A DNA stretch of 49,974 nt from Patescibacteria group bacterium (GCA_038064695.1 JBBTSO010000003.1:1-49974), one strand, 5' to 3'; shown: positions 18,119 through 28,566, numbered from the stretch's first letter. Program-made: numbers and translations. The notes: generated by a model from the sequence alone, not told the origin.

Positions 18119-18672
18119 TCTGAAAAAAATTTAGAACTTGGCGAGCGTTCCCACTCTTTTAGAGTGGGGGCTTTCTGATCTCCTGCAGAAACAACGGGAC
18201 TCTCAGCGGGCCACGTAATACCAATTGAGGGATCATTCCAGAGTATAGTACCGGAACCTTTTTCATTATGAACGGCAGAAAGTTTATACATCACACTAGC
18301 GTCACTCAAAGCACAAAACCCAAAAGCAAAACCAAACGGAAGATAAAACGCGAGGTGATTGTTTGATGAAAGTTCAACACTGTCCCACATACCAAATGTT
18401 TTTGAATTGGGTCGTATATCAACACCAACAGCGAAAATAGAACCGTGCACTACTCTTACCAGTTTGTCCGTTGGTTTATCAAATTGAAACTTTAGACCAC
18501 GTATCACGCCCTTCTTAGAAAACGAGTAGTTGTCTTGGAGAAACTCTTTTGTAATTCCAATTTCAGAAAAAACATCCTTTCTATACGTTTCCACAAAAAA
18601 ACCTCGCTCGTCCTGATGGACAGTGGGTTCCAGTACAAAAAGATTGGGGATTTTTGTATTAATTTTTTTCAT
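18109..18672 (-). CDS. rfbC: dTDP-4-dehydrorhamnose 3,5-epimerase
   Basis: DERGFFVE, QDNYSFSKKGVIRGL, VDIRPNSKTFG, WNDPSIGITWP. Confidence 0.9.
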   Translation of the reverse strand: MKKINTKIPNLFVLEPTVHQDERGFFVETYRKDVFSEIGITKEFLQDNYSFSKKGVIRGLKFQFDKPTDKLVRVVHGSIFAVGVDIRPNSKTFGMWDSVELSSNNHLAFYLPFGFAFGFCALSDASVMYKLSAVHNEKGSGTILWNDPSIGITWPAESPVVSAGDQKAPTLKEWERSPSSKFFSDCT

Positions 18673-18681
18673 GCGTTACCT

Positions 18682-19725
18682 CTAGAAATATTTCGCTTTC
18701 GCTTGAAGTTCGTAGTGCATCGCGTATTCTTTTTTTCTTTTTAATTTTCTCCACCACTCTTCGTGGTCTGAATACCATTTGACCACCTCTGGTAGTTCTT
18801 TTTCAAAAGTATGCTGTCGTTTCCATCCTAGTTTTTCAAGCTTAGAAGAATCAATAGCATAACGCATGTCGGCGTTTGGTCTGTCAGGAACACGCTCAAG
18901 GTATGCTTCTAAGTTTTTTCCCAAAATTTCAGCAACTTTTTTAAGCACATTAATATTAGACTCGTGTTCGCCTGCAATATTATAAATACCGTTTTTTTCG
19001 CCGTTGTGAGCAACCATATCTATGGCGCTACACATATCGTTCACATGAATCCACTGGCGCAGGTGTTCGCCAGAACCGTGAAGTGGTATTTTCTTTTCTT
19101 CTAATAAGTTGGTAATAACAAGCGGGATTAATTTCTCGGGATACTGAAACGGTCCGAAGTTGTTGGTTGCTCGTACTATCCGTACCGGTACTGTTGATGT
19201 TTTCATCATCGTTTGGAGTAACATGTCGGCCGCAGCTTTTGAACTGGCATACGGGTTAGCGGGTAGAAAAGGAGCATCTTCTTTCACAAAACCCAATGCT
19301 TCGGGAATAGACCCATACACTTCGTCGGTAGAAATATGAACCATTTCCCCACCAAAACGTTGAACCATTAAGGCAAGCAGCAAGGCGCCCTCAACATTTG
19401 TGCGTACAAAATTGGAAAAATTGAAGAACGATCTATCTACGTGACTCTCCGCGGCGAAATGGAACACGTGCGCAAATTGATGTTTTTCAAAAAGTGACTC
19501 TAAAAGTTCTTCATCACTTACATCCCCTTTAACAAAAACGTACCGACTTTTATCTTCGGGTATGGCTAGTTCTTTTTTTTCTATATCCTCTAGGTTTTCT
19601 AAGTTACCTGCATAGGTCAAAGCATCAAGAACGTAGATACGATACTCTGGGTATTTGTTGTACACGTGGTGCACAAAATTAGATCCTATAAAGCCACAGC
19701 CGCCCGTTACGAGTATATTTTTCAT
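18682..19725 (-). CDS. rfbB: dTDP-glucose 4,6-dehydratase
   Basis: GGCGFIGSNF, DALTYAGN, HFAAESHVDRS, HISTDEVYG, YASSK, NNFGPFQYPEKLIP. Confidence 0.95.
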   Translation of the reverse strand: MKNILVTGGCGFIGSNFVHHVYNKYPEYRIYVLDALTYAGNLENLEDIEKKELAIPEDKSRYVFVKGDVSDEELLESLFEKHQFAHVFHFAAESHVDRSFFNFSNFVRTNVEGALLLALMVQRFGGEMVHISTDEVYGSIPEALGFVKEDAPFLPANPYASSKAAADMLLQTMMKTSTVPVRIVRATNNFGPFQYPEKLIPLVITNLLEEKKIPLHGSGEHLRQWIHVNDMCSAIDMVAHNGEKNGIYNIAGEHESNINVLKKVAEILGKNLEAYLERVPDRPNADMRYAIDSSKLEKLGWKRQHTFEKELPEVVKWYSDHEEWWRKLKRKKEYAMHYELQAKAKYF

Positions 19726-19739
19726 AATACAAAGAGGTT

Positions 19740-20696
19740 CTACCGCCACTGGTGCGGATTTTCCTTAAACCATTCTACAGTTCTTTCTATACCTTTGGCA
19801 AACGAGTGCGAAGGAGTCCAACCCAACTCAACGTTTACCTTGGTGAGGTCTGCTTTCCATAATACAGAGTCAAAAGAAATGTCTTGGTTACTCCAAGCAA
19901 TTTCACTTGTTGAGTTGGTAAGGTCAATAATGGAGCGTGCAACTTCTTCTAGTGAGGTTGACACTCCGGAACCGCCATTCCATACACTCCCCTTGAAGGT
20001 GGTTGCTCCTACGGAGGCTCGTATATACAACTCTACGAGGTCTTCTATAAAAATATAATCGCGAACAACGTTAGGGCGAGTGAGTTTAATAGGCTCGTTT
20101 CGTAATGCGCTTGCAATAATCGTTTCAATAACTTTTCCTTTTTCCATAAAAGGCCCGTACGGAGTAAAGACCCGCACCTCAACAAACGGTTTTTTTTCGT
20201 ACTGTCCGAGTGTTTTTGTGTACAACGTCGATGGAACACGCGAGATAGCATAGAGATCCATCGGAGCAAGTGATTTGTTTTCTGAAAAAAAATCTTCTTG
20301 TGGGCCATATTCAACGAAGGATCCTGTATTTACAAAAAAATCAATATCTGTTTTCGCGACTTCCTCCATGAGCATAATGGTAGAAACAATATTCGTCCGT
20401 GCCATATCTGCAAATGTTGGACGTTCAACAAATGACTGATTTGCCGCGGCAAGATGAAATACGCCGTCCACGGAGAGAATGTTGAGAAGATTTTTTATAC
20501 TTTCGTGGTCATCTAAATCAGCGACATGTACGGTAATTTCTGATAATTGGTCAGCAATTCGGGCAGTATTAGTAGATGCCCGCACCAACACATGAACATC
20601 CGCCTGTTCGGAAAGTAAACGCCGTACGAGGTGAGAGCCAATAAAACCGGCCCCTCCCGTTACAAGCACTTTTTTATTCTTTAAAGAAAGTTCCAT
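19740..20696 (-). CDS. NAD-dependent epimerase/dehydratase (extended SDR)
   Basis: TGGAGFIGSH, VFHLAA, RVFTPYGP; YAISR in place of YxxxK. Confidence 0.88.
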   Translation of the reverse strand: MELSLKNKKVLVTGGAGFIGSHLVRRLLSEQADVHVLVRASTNTARIADQLSEITVHVADLDDHESIKNLLNILSVDGVFHLAAANQSFVERPTFADMARTNIVSTIMLMEEVAKTDIDFFVNTGSFVEYGPQEDFFSENKSLAPMDLYAISRVPSTLYTKTLGQYEKKPFVEVRVFTPYGPFMEKGKVIETIIASALRNEPIKLTRPNVVRDYIFIEDLVELYIRASVGATTFKGSVWNGGSGVSTSLEEVARSIIDLTNSTSEIAWSNQDISFDSVLWKADLTKVNVELGWTPSHSFAKGIERTVEWFKENPHQWR

Positions 20697-20737
20697 GGAA
20701 AGTCTCTAGAAAGAATACCAGAGGACGTGGCTCGGTG

Positions 20738-21793
20738 CTATGAGGAGAATCTTGTTTTAATGGTTTGAATTAAACTCAACCCTATCTGTTTGGGTGTACC
20801 AATTTTCAAAAAAGTTTTGTATGCTTCTTGCCCCATTGCTTCTGCGCGACCACTTTCTTTCAAAGCAAGTATTTTTTTCGCCAATTCTTCATGATTTCCT
20901 GCGGTTAAACCGATTGCATCAACGTTCGGAGTAAAAACCTCTTCTAGAGATCCGGGACTGGCATTAATACTCACCTTCGCCATGGCAGCTGCCTCCCAAA
21001 GTTTGGTCGGTATAGCTCGTACTACACGAGGAACATTACCGATAAGCCCAACACAAACATCGGCGTTTGCGATATGTTCCACAATTTCTTCTTGTGGTAA
21101 ATAGCCGTGGAAAGTTACGTTGCTAACAGAAAGTTCTTCTGCAAGCCTTCTTACTTTTTTTGCCTCTTGCCCACTTCCAATCAATGTAAAATGCACACCG
21201 TTCTTTTCAAGCAACTTCGCGGTACGCACTATCACATCGGCGCCCTGCATCGGAAAAAATTTCCCATGGAACTCTACTTCAAAATATGGCGACTGTTTTG
21301 TACGTGGTTTTGGGAAAAATATACCGGTGTCGGCACCCACGTATACATGCGCAAGCTTTTTTTGAGGAACCCCAAACGTTTTAGAAAAATAATTCGTGTG
21401 TAATTTTGTATCTAATATAATGAGGTGTGAAAAAAAACATCCAATCCAATCCGTGAACCAATATAGATAGGCCTTCAGTGAGTGTGGTTTTGCCAACCTT
21501 CTGTCAAAAACCCAATTATCGTATTGTGAAAAGAGTGCCTCCCATACTATAGGTTTTTTACTGACGATACGAGCAAAAACAGGCATAAAACGAGAGTCGC
21601 CGAAACCGACGAAAAGATAATCATATTGACCTTTGAGATTATTAATTTTTTTCCATAACTTCCAATATTTTAAAAGACCCTGCTGTCTTTCATTGCAGTG
21701 AATCACTGGAGTCCCATTCTCCTCTAAACCCTTTACAAGAACCCGTGTCCGAGTATAGTTGGGGTCGTAATCGCCAAAATAAAGAATTTTCAT
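20738..21793 (-). CDS. Glycosyltransferase family 4
   Basis: YDPNYTRTRV, FHGKFFPMQG, IPTKLWEAAAM. Confidence 0.88.
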   Translation of the reverse strand: MKILYFGDYDPNYTRTRVLVKGLEENGTPVIHCNERQQGLLKYWKLWKKINNLKGQYDYLFVGFGDSRFMPVFARIVSKKPIVWEALFSQYDNWVFDRRLAKPHSLKAYLYWFTDWIGCFFSHLIILDTKLHTNYFSKTFGVPQKKLAHVYVGADTGIFFPKPRTKQSPYFEVEFHGKFFPMQGADVIVRTAKLLEKNGVHFTLIGSGQEAKKVRRLAEELSVSNVTFHGYLPQEEIVEHIANADVCVGLIGNVPRVVRAIPTKLWEAAAMAKVSINASPGSLEEVFTPNVDAIGLTAGNHEELAKKILALKESGRAEAMGQEAYKTFLKIGTPKQIGLSLIQTIKTRFSS

Positions 21794-23445
21794 AGTGAAT
21801 CAACTATTTTTTTAGCACGCGAGTCCCATGTATATGTTAAACCGAGTTTTTTAGACTCCTGTGCCAAACTCTCTCTCTGTGAGGGAGTTTGCTTTAGTGT
21901 TGAAATGGCATGCGCAAGCGCTTCTACCTCTCCGGCTCGTACAAAGTATGCGGTTTTTTCATTCAAAATTTCGCGAATTGAAGAGACGTCCGAGGCAATG
22001 ATTGGTTTTCCTGCGCCAAGGTATTCAAATAGTTTAATCGGTGAAGTAAATTGCACAGACTCTTCTGACATCTCAGTATTGGGAACCACCACTACATCAG
22101 CATGTCGAATATAGCGAGGAACAAGATGCGCAGGGACCACACCCATTTCAACTAAGTTTCCTTCAATCTTTTTCGTCCTACCCCCCACAATCACGTGGTG
22201 AATTTCTGGATTTTCTTTTGCTGCAGCACGGAACACATCGATCCCCTTCCACGCCTGGTCTGAGCCCACGTAGAGCGCCAAAAAGCCTTCTGGTAATCCT
22301 AGCTCATCACGAGACGAGAGCGGGCTAGAAAACAGTGCTGGGTCAAATCCGTTTGGTGCAACGAGTGTGTTGACTACTCCTCTGTTATTAAAAGCTGTTT
22401 CAGTTCCCTTTGAGTTACACACTACCAACGCCACTTCGCGTACAAGCGAGAGAGTGAGCCAGCCAAACACTCCGCGGGGCATACGGTGCGCCTCATACAC
22501 CACGTGACGACTTTTTCTAAATGCATACGCAATTTCGGCGTCTCGCGTGTAAATAACACCAGGCTTTGGTGAGTATTTTTTTACACTTTGAAGAAATAGG
22601 AGACGCTGTATGAAAAAAAATATTGAATGCGAGAACCCACCACCCAGTAAATCAGCTACAGGAAGCTCAACGACGTCGAAATTTTCTGGTATGCCATAGT
22701 ATTCAAAGACAGACTCTTTGATAGGATTTTTTCTTTTTGGAATAACGAGCTGAACTGATTTTCCTAACGTGCCGAACGAATGACACATGTGCGCGATGGA
22801 AACACCGTGTGCTTTCTCGGTGGGCATGCGCGCAAACGTGACATATGACCACGTGTTATATACAACTTCTTCAGGCATTGCTGAGTCAGGAACTACTTTA
22901 ACAAAAGACTGTTCCCTGAGATAAGATTGCATAAGTAGGAAATGTTTTTCTGAAACCTTTGCAAACTGTAATGCTGATGTTTTCCCAAATTGCTCTCGTG
23001 GCAACACACGACGTTCAGCGAGTCGCACGGCGCGTGTTTTTTCATCAGTTGAAAGAACAAGTAGCATAGAAGGGCGTGGCAAAAGACGCGTCACACTTTC
23101 TAAAGTCTGAGATGATTGTTCATGTTCAAAAAGCGACAGGAGAATTTGGTGAGGTCCCTGGTCAAGAACCACTTTTTTATAGCGCGTTGCTTTTTGGTAT
23201 AGTGCTAGGTTATAAAAAAACAAATTTGTAATCTTTAAATATCCACGAGCTATACCGCCCGTAAAACGCAAAATCAAAAAGAAGAGTCTAATTGTTTTTA
23301 GCGGGTGGTGAAAGAAGAAAAGAGAAAAATAAAAGAAAATCGCACGTCGTGAACGTAATCGCACTCGCGTCCACCCTTGGTGTTCCCATTGTTTTGCGAG
23401 CGTTGTTTTTCCTGACGCAGGAAGTCCAAAAAGTTCAACGATCAT
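21790..23445 (-). CDS. P-loop kinase-like domain fused to GT4 glycosyltransferase
   Basis: N-terminal GLPASGKT; C-terminal RMPTEKAHG...SPIKLFEYLGAGKPIIASD. Confidence 0.85.
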   Translation of the reverse strand: MIVELFGLPASGKTTLAKQWEHQGWTRVRLRSRRAIFFYFSLFFFHHPLKTIRLFFLILRFTGGIARGYLKITNLFFYNLALYQKATRYKKVVLDQGPHQILLSLFEHEQSSQTLESVTRLLPRPSMLLVLSTDEKTRAVRLAERRVLPREQFGKTSALQFAKVSEKHFLLMQSYLREQSFVKVVPDSAMPEEVVYNTWSYVTFARMPTEKAHGVSIAHMCHSFGTLGKSVQLVIPKRKNPIKESVFEYYGIPENFDVVELPVADLLGGGFSHSIFFFIQRLLFLQSVKKYSPKPGVIYTRDAEIAYAFRKSRHVVYEAHRMPRGVFGWLTLSLVREVALVVCNSKGTETAFNNRGVVNTLVAPNGFDPALFSSPLSSRDELGLPEGFLALYVGSDQAWKGIDVFRAAAKENPEIHHVIVGGRTKKIEGNLVEMGVVPAHLVPRYIRHADVVVVPNTEMSEESVQFTSPIKLFEYLGAGKPIIASDVSSIREILNEKTAYFVRAGEVEALAHAISTLKQTPSQRESLAQESKKLGLTYTWDSRAKKIVDSL

Positions 23446-24164
23446 AGTTTTTCAAAAACGACCACGTATGATTCAGAAAAAAGAGACAGCGGAAAAACAA
23501 AGGGTGCGTGCGAAAGGATGGAAAAAACGACTTTATTAAGCCACGGAATACGGAGAAGCGGCACCGTGGCTGTGGCAAGGTGTACGCTCCGCACACGAAA
23601 ACCTGCTTCACGACACAAGCGAACCAGCGTTGCAGGACTAACCTGACCTTGGTGGAGCGAGGAACGGCGACCACGGATTAAGTCAAAAAACGGTTTAGGA
23701 GTTTTTGTAATGAGGACACCTCGCTTCCCCACTCCAAGCGAGCGAGCAACAACCGCGAGTGCAGCACGTTTATCGTTCACGTATTCAAATGCGCGTGATG
23801 AAAAAAAGAAATCGTATGTATCGGCAGAAGTAAAAGAAACCCAGTCGCTTTCTATAAATACTATATTCCCATTGAGAGATTCTTTGGCTTGCGCAAGCAT
23901 CGTTTCCGAAATATCAACAAGCGTAAAGGATGCGTCAGGCGCTGTCTTCAGCAAATATTTCGTCCACGTACCTGGGCCAGGTCCAATCTCTAGAACACGG
24001 AGCGGTGATCCAACATGAGGCAACACAAAACGTCTCATAACCCCATCCATCATCCAATGTTGTGCCTCAGCTACGGGGTCGGCATGCCAACGGCTCCGCT
24101 CATAATCGGAGCCGTATTTTTGAGGCATCACTTCATTATAAAATTTCTTTGGATCAATCAACAT
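23442..24164 (-). CDS. Class I SAM-dependent methyltransferase
   Basis: VLEIGPGPG, VDISETML. Confidence 0.88.
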   Translation of the reverse strand: MLIDPKKFYNEVMPQKYGSDYERSRWHADPVAEAQHWMMDGVMRRFVLPHVGSPLRVLEIGPGPGTWTKYLLKTAPDASFTLVDISETMLAQAKESLNGNIVFIESDWVSFTSADTYDFFFSSRAFEYVNDKRAALAVVARSLGVGKRGVLITKTPKPFFDLIRGRRSSLHQGQVSPATLVRLCREAGFRVRSVHLATATVPLLRIPWLNKVVFSILSHAPFVFPLSLFSESYVVVFEKL

Positions 24165-25989
24165 GGGGTTTCATTTTAAAACGCTTTGCCCAAAGCTGAA
24201 AGGTAAGCAAAGCCCACAGTTCAGTGAGTGCGTAACGTCCTCCTTCACGGTGACCTTCAAAAAGACTTTCTACTTCACCCCAGTCAAAAAGCGATGAAGT
24301 GCCGTCGTAGAAATTTTCTGTTAACGCTTCCCGAGCAATTTCATGTATGGGACCACGCCGTAACCACTTTGTGCCTGGAGAAAGCCACCCCCGCTTTGGT
24401 TGTAGCCCAAGATGAGAAAGTTCGTCTCTAAACGCGGCGCGGAGCAATCGTTTTGAAGCATTATGGGTTACTTTATAAGAAAGTGGAAGCGGTTCAACAA
24501 AACGAACAATTTCTTGATCAAGCAAAGGAACTCGTGCCTCAAGCCCATGGGCCATGGTCATCGCGTCAGTCCGAACAAGTGAGTGGTCAACGAGCCACGA
24601 GTCACGATCAAACCACAGCATTTTTTGCGTAAACGGTACATTCTTTGCATCCGCCAAAAGACCATCAACACAACTGAGCGACTGCGACAAAGAGAGCGGA
24701 AATGTCACCAGAGGTTGAAGAAAATTTTCTTTAACAAACATGAAGCGAGCAATTCGTTCAGCATTGGGAGCATCAGCAATTTTTTTTGTTTGAGGAATTT
24801 TAGAAAGAATTGACCTAAGCGGTGCAACTCTATCAAACAGGTCACCTAAAAGAGCCAGCTGATATCGTCGGTATCCTCCAAAAATCTCGTCTCCTCCGTC
24901 ACCAGTCAAAACAACATCAACTTTTTTCTTTGCAACACGCGAAAGAGCAAACTGGGAAAGTTCGGTAGGACTTGAAATAGGTGTCCCAAGGTGAGCAATT
25001 ACTCCTTCAAGGAGATTGCCAGTTTCTTCAATAGGTAAAGTAACAGTCTGGTGCCGAGCCCCAAAACGACGCGCGGTTTGCGTTGCAAGAAGAGCATCGG
25101 CATTAAACCGTTCTTGTCCTTTTGTATCGCCAAGCCCAGAAAAATCAATTGAAAATGTATCCAACGGTCCGCGAATTTGCGACGCAACAGCAAGAATGAT
25201 ACTTGAATCAACGCCCCCCGAAAGAAAAAGTCCTAACGGTTTATCAGAAATAAGCTGACGTTCAACGGCATCAGTTACATGCTTGCGTGTTGCTACACAC
25301 GCTTCTTTGAAAGTTATACGTGTTGAGTATTCTGAACGAGTCTCTTGGATGAACTTTTCTAAAACAGGGCTTCCATTTTTAGAAATAGTAATAATATGTC
25401 CTGGAGGGACCTGAAAAACATTGTGAACAAACGTATCGGGTCCTGGAACGTAGAGGAGTCTCAGATATATGTTAAGTGCCGAGAGTGAAAAATGTCGCGG
25501 TATGTCATGTTCATAAATGCCCAGCAACTCTGAAGAAAAAATAAAACGATTTTTGTGTTGAGTGTAATAAAGCGGCTTTACCCCGACCCCATCGCGTGCA
25601 AGTAAAAGTGTTTGGGTTTCCTTATCCCATAAGGCAAGTCCGAAAATTCCATTCAACTCTTTAAATATTTTCTTTCCGAGATGCGCATATCCAGCCAAAA
25701 TTACTTCGGTATCTGACGTGGTGGTATAGGGGTATGGAAAACGCTTTTTTAACTCTTTGAAGTTGTAGATTTCTCCATTAAATACAATAGTATAACGCCC
25801 CGACACGTCGGTCATTGGTTGGTCAGCGCGTGCACGAGGGTCAAGAATTGCGAGACGATTATGCCCAAGAGTAATGCCGTTTTTTAAAAAAGTTTTTGTT
25901 CCATCTGGACCGCGATGCACCGTTGCGGCGTTCATTTTATCAATAAGGGAAAGGCTATTTTCTCCAGTAAATCCATTTATCGCACACAT
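24154..25989 (-). CDS. asnB: Asparagine synthase (glutamine-hydrolysing) family amidotransferase
   Basis: Ntn Cys2 (MCAING), HRGPD, FNGEIYN, LSGGVDSS, TGDGGDE, EARVPLLD. Confidence 0.93.
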   Translation of the reverse strand: MCAINGFTGENSLSLIDKMNAATVHRGPDGTKTFLKNGITLGHNRLAILDPRARADQPMTDVSGRYTIVFNGEIYNFKELKKRFPYPYTTTSDTEVILAGYAHLGKKIFKELNGIFGLALWDKETQTLLLARDGVGVKPLYYTQHKNRFIFSSELLGIYEHDIPRHFSLSALNIYLRLLYVPGPDTFVHNVFQVPPGHIITISKNGSPVLEKFIQETRSEYSTRITFKEACVATRKHVTDAVERQLISDKPLGLFLSGGVDSSIILAVASQIRGPLDTFSIDFSGLGDTKGQERFNADALLATQTARRFGARHQTVTLPIEETGNLLEGVIAHLGTPISSPTELSQFALSRVAKKKVDVVLTGDGGDEIFGGYRRYQLALLGDLFDRVAPLRSILSKIPQTKKIADAPNAERIARFMFVKENFLQPLVTFPLSLSQSLSCVDGLLADAKNVPFTQKMLWFDRDSWLVDHSLVRTDAMTMAHGLEARVPLLDQEIVRFVEPLPLSYKVTHNASKRLLRAAFRDELSHLGLQPKRGWLSPGTKWLRRGPIHEIAREALTENFYDGTSSLFDWGEVESLFEGHREGGRYALTELWALLTFQLWAKRFKMKPHVD

Positions 25990-25997
25990 AAAGATAA

Positions 25998-27029
25998 TTA
26001 TACGCTCTTATACGTTTCAAAGATTTTATTGGAAAGGAGTGCCAAACTTTCCCGTTCAATCACAAGAGTGTGCAAAGAAACCGCGTCAACAACAACAGGA
26101 ACCACCTTTGTTAGTGTAGTTTCCAACGACGCGACATTACTTTGATCTAGGATATACTTTTTTTCTATTATTTCACCGAAGGCAGCACTTGAGACAATAC
26201 AGGGAATGCCACAGGCGATTGATTCAAGAACGGTTTTATCGTAGTTACCGTCATCGGTTAAATTAACTGAAACTTCGTGAGCCGCATACAATACTGGTGT
26301 TTCACTATGTGGTACTGATCCTTTAAATACCACAGCACCACTCCTTATGAGTGATGCATATTTTTCGCGAAGTGGTTTTGTATATTCCTCGTCTTCCGGA
26401 CCAACAAGCGTAAGCACTTTAGCTTCTCCTAAAGCGTGGAGCTTGGCAAACGCCTCTAGAATAATATGAACACGTTTAGCGGGCGCGATACGTCCTTGAA
26501 AATAGATACTTTTCGGAATCTTTTTAATCTCTGGATGCGGTTTAAAAACAGTAGTATCAATTCCAGCGGGCATACGGCGTGCATTTTTATACCGAGCGGT
26601 GTACGCATATGGCGATGTATGGAAAACGACACTCGTGAATGGCTGTGCAATTCTTAACCAAAAACTGCCGACGGAGTGGTTATACCAAAGCCCAATCTTT
26701 TTCCCCGTGAGACGCCACACCCAACCCGCAAGCACGATGTACTCGGGGTTCATATGCACGAAAACAGAATCGTACTGTTTTCGTAAGATAAAAGTTAAAT
26801 GTAGAAAGTTAAAAATAAAACGAATTTTATCTTTTATATTTGATTTTTGATTTTTGATTTTCCCCAAAGAATGGACGGTTACATTCTTTGGGAGGTTATA
26901 CTCCCCTACCTGAAGCGCGATGACGTGGATGTGTTCAGCGTGCTTGGCGAACTCTTCAATCCATCGATGAAAAAACCCAAGGATAGGATGGTTTCGGTCA
27001 ACGGCTTGCGTAATAATCAGTAATTTCAT
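25998..27029 (-). CDS. Glycosyltransferase family 4
   Basis: FVHMNPEY, GRIAPAKR, DKTVLESIACG. Confidence 0.9.
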   Translation of the reverse strand: MKLLIITQAVDRNHPILGFFHRWIEEFAKHAEHIHVIALQVGEYNLPKNVTVHSLGKIKNQKSNIKDKIRFIFNFLHLTFILRKQYDSVFVHMNPEYIVLAGWVWRLTGKKIGLWYNHSVGSFWLRIAQPFTSVVFHTSPYAYTARYKNARRMPAGIDTTVFKPHPEIKKIPKSIYFQGRIAPAKRVHIILEAFAKLHALGEAKVLTLVGPEDEEYTKPLREKYASLIRSGAVVFKGSVPHSETPVLYAAHEVSVNLTDDGNYDKTVLESIACGIPCIVSSAAFGEIIEKKYILDQSNVASLETTLTKVVPVVVDAVSLHTLVIERESLALLSNKIFETYKSV

Positions 27030-27583
27030 TGAACGGTTTCTAACTCAGTGAGTGACGTGATGACCGGAAAGAGGCCACTCCCCGCTCCGCCGTCGCGGCG
27101 AATTTCAAAGACACTTGTCCGATGAAAAAGCTGTGCGACGTTTGTGAGATGTTCAGCGGTATCGTCAACAAAAACGAACTCGTGATCAGCAGGAATTTTT
27201 GTTTGAAGGTACTCACCTTTCGCGGTAGTGTCGGTATAGTACACATCAGCAAACTTTTCCTTTACTCCTGCACCAAATACTTTGATCGCCTGAAATGCTG
27301 GGTTTCCATACGTAACGAGCGTAACGTCAGCACGGTGGTTAGAAAGAAACGGAAGAACGTCGGGAAAGAGGTATGGCTCTACCTCACGCTCTTTAAAGGT
27401 GATACCTCGCTCTTTCACGAAGTCGTGCAAAAAGCGCCACCGAATACTTTTTAACTGGTCTTCCTGTATGACTTTCTGAATTTCTTCGCGTTTTTCTTCA
27501 AACAGCGGATGAGTAAGAAGTACCTCAGTGTTGAATCGGTCAGTATCAAAAATCGTTCGGTCAAAATCGAGGAAGTACTTCAT
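27026..27583 (-). CDS. HAD-superfamily hydrolase
   Basis: MKYFLDFDRTIFD motif I, FVDD motif IV; ATGA overlap with the upstream gene. Confidence 0.85.
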   Translation of the reverse strand: MKYFLDFDRTIFDTDRFNTEVLLTHPLFEEKREEIQKVIQEDQLKSIRWRFLHDFVKERGITFKEREVEPYLFPDVLPFLSNHRADVTLVTYGNPAFQAIKVFGAGVKEKFADVYYTDTTAKGEYLQTKIPADHEFVFVDDTAEHLTNVAQLFHRTSVFEIRRDGGAGSGLFPVITSLTELETVQ

Positions 27584-28566
27584 AGAAGTTTCATAATGCT
27601 CTCGGCAAGCGTGTCGGCGTTGTGGAGCACCAGGCTTCGGTGTACGACGTCTGAAGGGTCTTGGGGTGGCGCTTTGTAAAGCATAGACTCGCGAATACAC
27701 TCTCGCTGGTAGTCATCCACCACGGGAAATTCATAATCAATTTCACACTTCGTTTTTATCTCCTCGGGAATAGATTCGGTGTTAATTAAGACCACGTCCA
27801 TAGGTCTCCCCACGTACTCCTCGAGTGTTTTGGTGTGGTCGGTGACACTCATGCCGTACGTTTGGCCACACCGTGTCATAAGGTTCGCCACATACACCAG
27901 CTTTGCGGGGCTCTGGCGAAGTGCCTCGCCTATTTCAGGAATGAGAATGTTGGGAATGATGCTGGTATATAAATCGCCAGGACCAAGCACAATAAGCTCG
28001 GCCTCTTTAATGGCATCAAGCACCGGCGCATACGCGGAAACGACAGGGTCAATCACGAGCTTAGTGATGCACACGTTTTCGTTGTGGGGTTGGTTATTAA
28101 TAAAATGTTGTCCACGAACGAGCGAACCGTCAGAGTAGTACGCGGTGAGTGTCGTGTGTTTTAGAGATGCGGGCAGCACCACCCCCTCAAGGTGCAACAT
28201 TTTTGATACCTGTTTTATTGCCGCTACTTCGCTCCCCAGCATGTCGGTGAGTGCCGTTAAAATTAGGTTGCCCAGATTGTGACCCTTGAGTCCCTCATCC
28301 CCTTTTGAAAAACGATAGCGGAGCAAATCCAAAAGCGGGAATTCTGCCTTATCGCCCGCAAGCGCAACCAACGCCATACGCAAATCCCCCAGAGGGAGGT
28401 ACCCGAACTGTTCTCGCAGTCGCCCCGTGGAGCCGCCGTCATCAGCGATAGAAATGACGCTCTGAATATCAATGTCACTCTGATATTTTTTGAGCCCCGA
28501 TAAAAGGATGTAGGAGCCGTGCCCTCCTCCCATTGTCACCACTTGTTTTTTTTGCTGTTGAATCAT
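27580..28566 (-). CDS. yvcK: YvcK/GlmR (CofD-like, UDP-GlcNAc-binding) family protein
   Basis: GGGHG, DDGGSTGRLR, GDLR, GHNLGNL, LGPGDLYTSIIPN. Confidence 0.92.
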   Translation of the reverse strand: MIQQQKKQVVTMGGGHGSYILLSGLKKYQSDIDIQSVISIADDGGSTGRLREQFGYLPLGDLRMALVALAGDKAEFPLLDLLRYRFSKGDEGLKGHNLGNLILTALTDMLGSEVAAIKQVSKMLHLEGVVLPASLKHTTLTAYYSDGSLVRGQHFINNQPHNENVCITKLVIDPVVSAYAPVLDAIKEAELIVLGPGDLYTSIIPNILIPEIGEALRQSPAKLVYVANLMTRCGQTYGMSVTDHTKTLEEYVGRPMDVVLINTESIPEEIKTKCEIDYEFPVVDDYQRECIRESMLYKAPPQDPSDVVHRSLVLHNADTLAESIMKLL

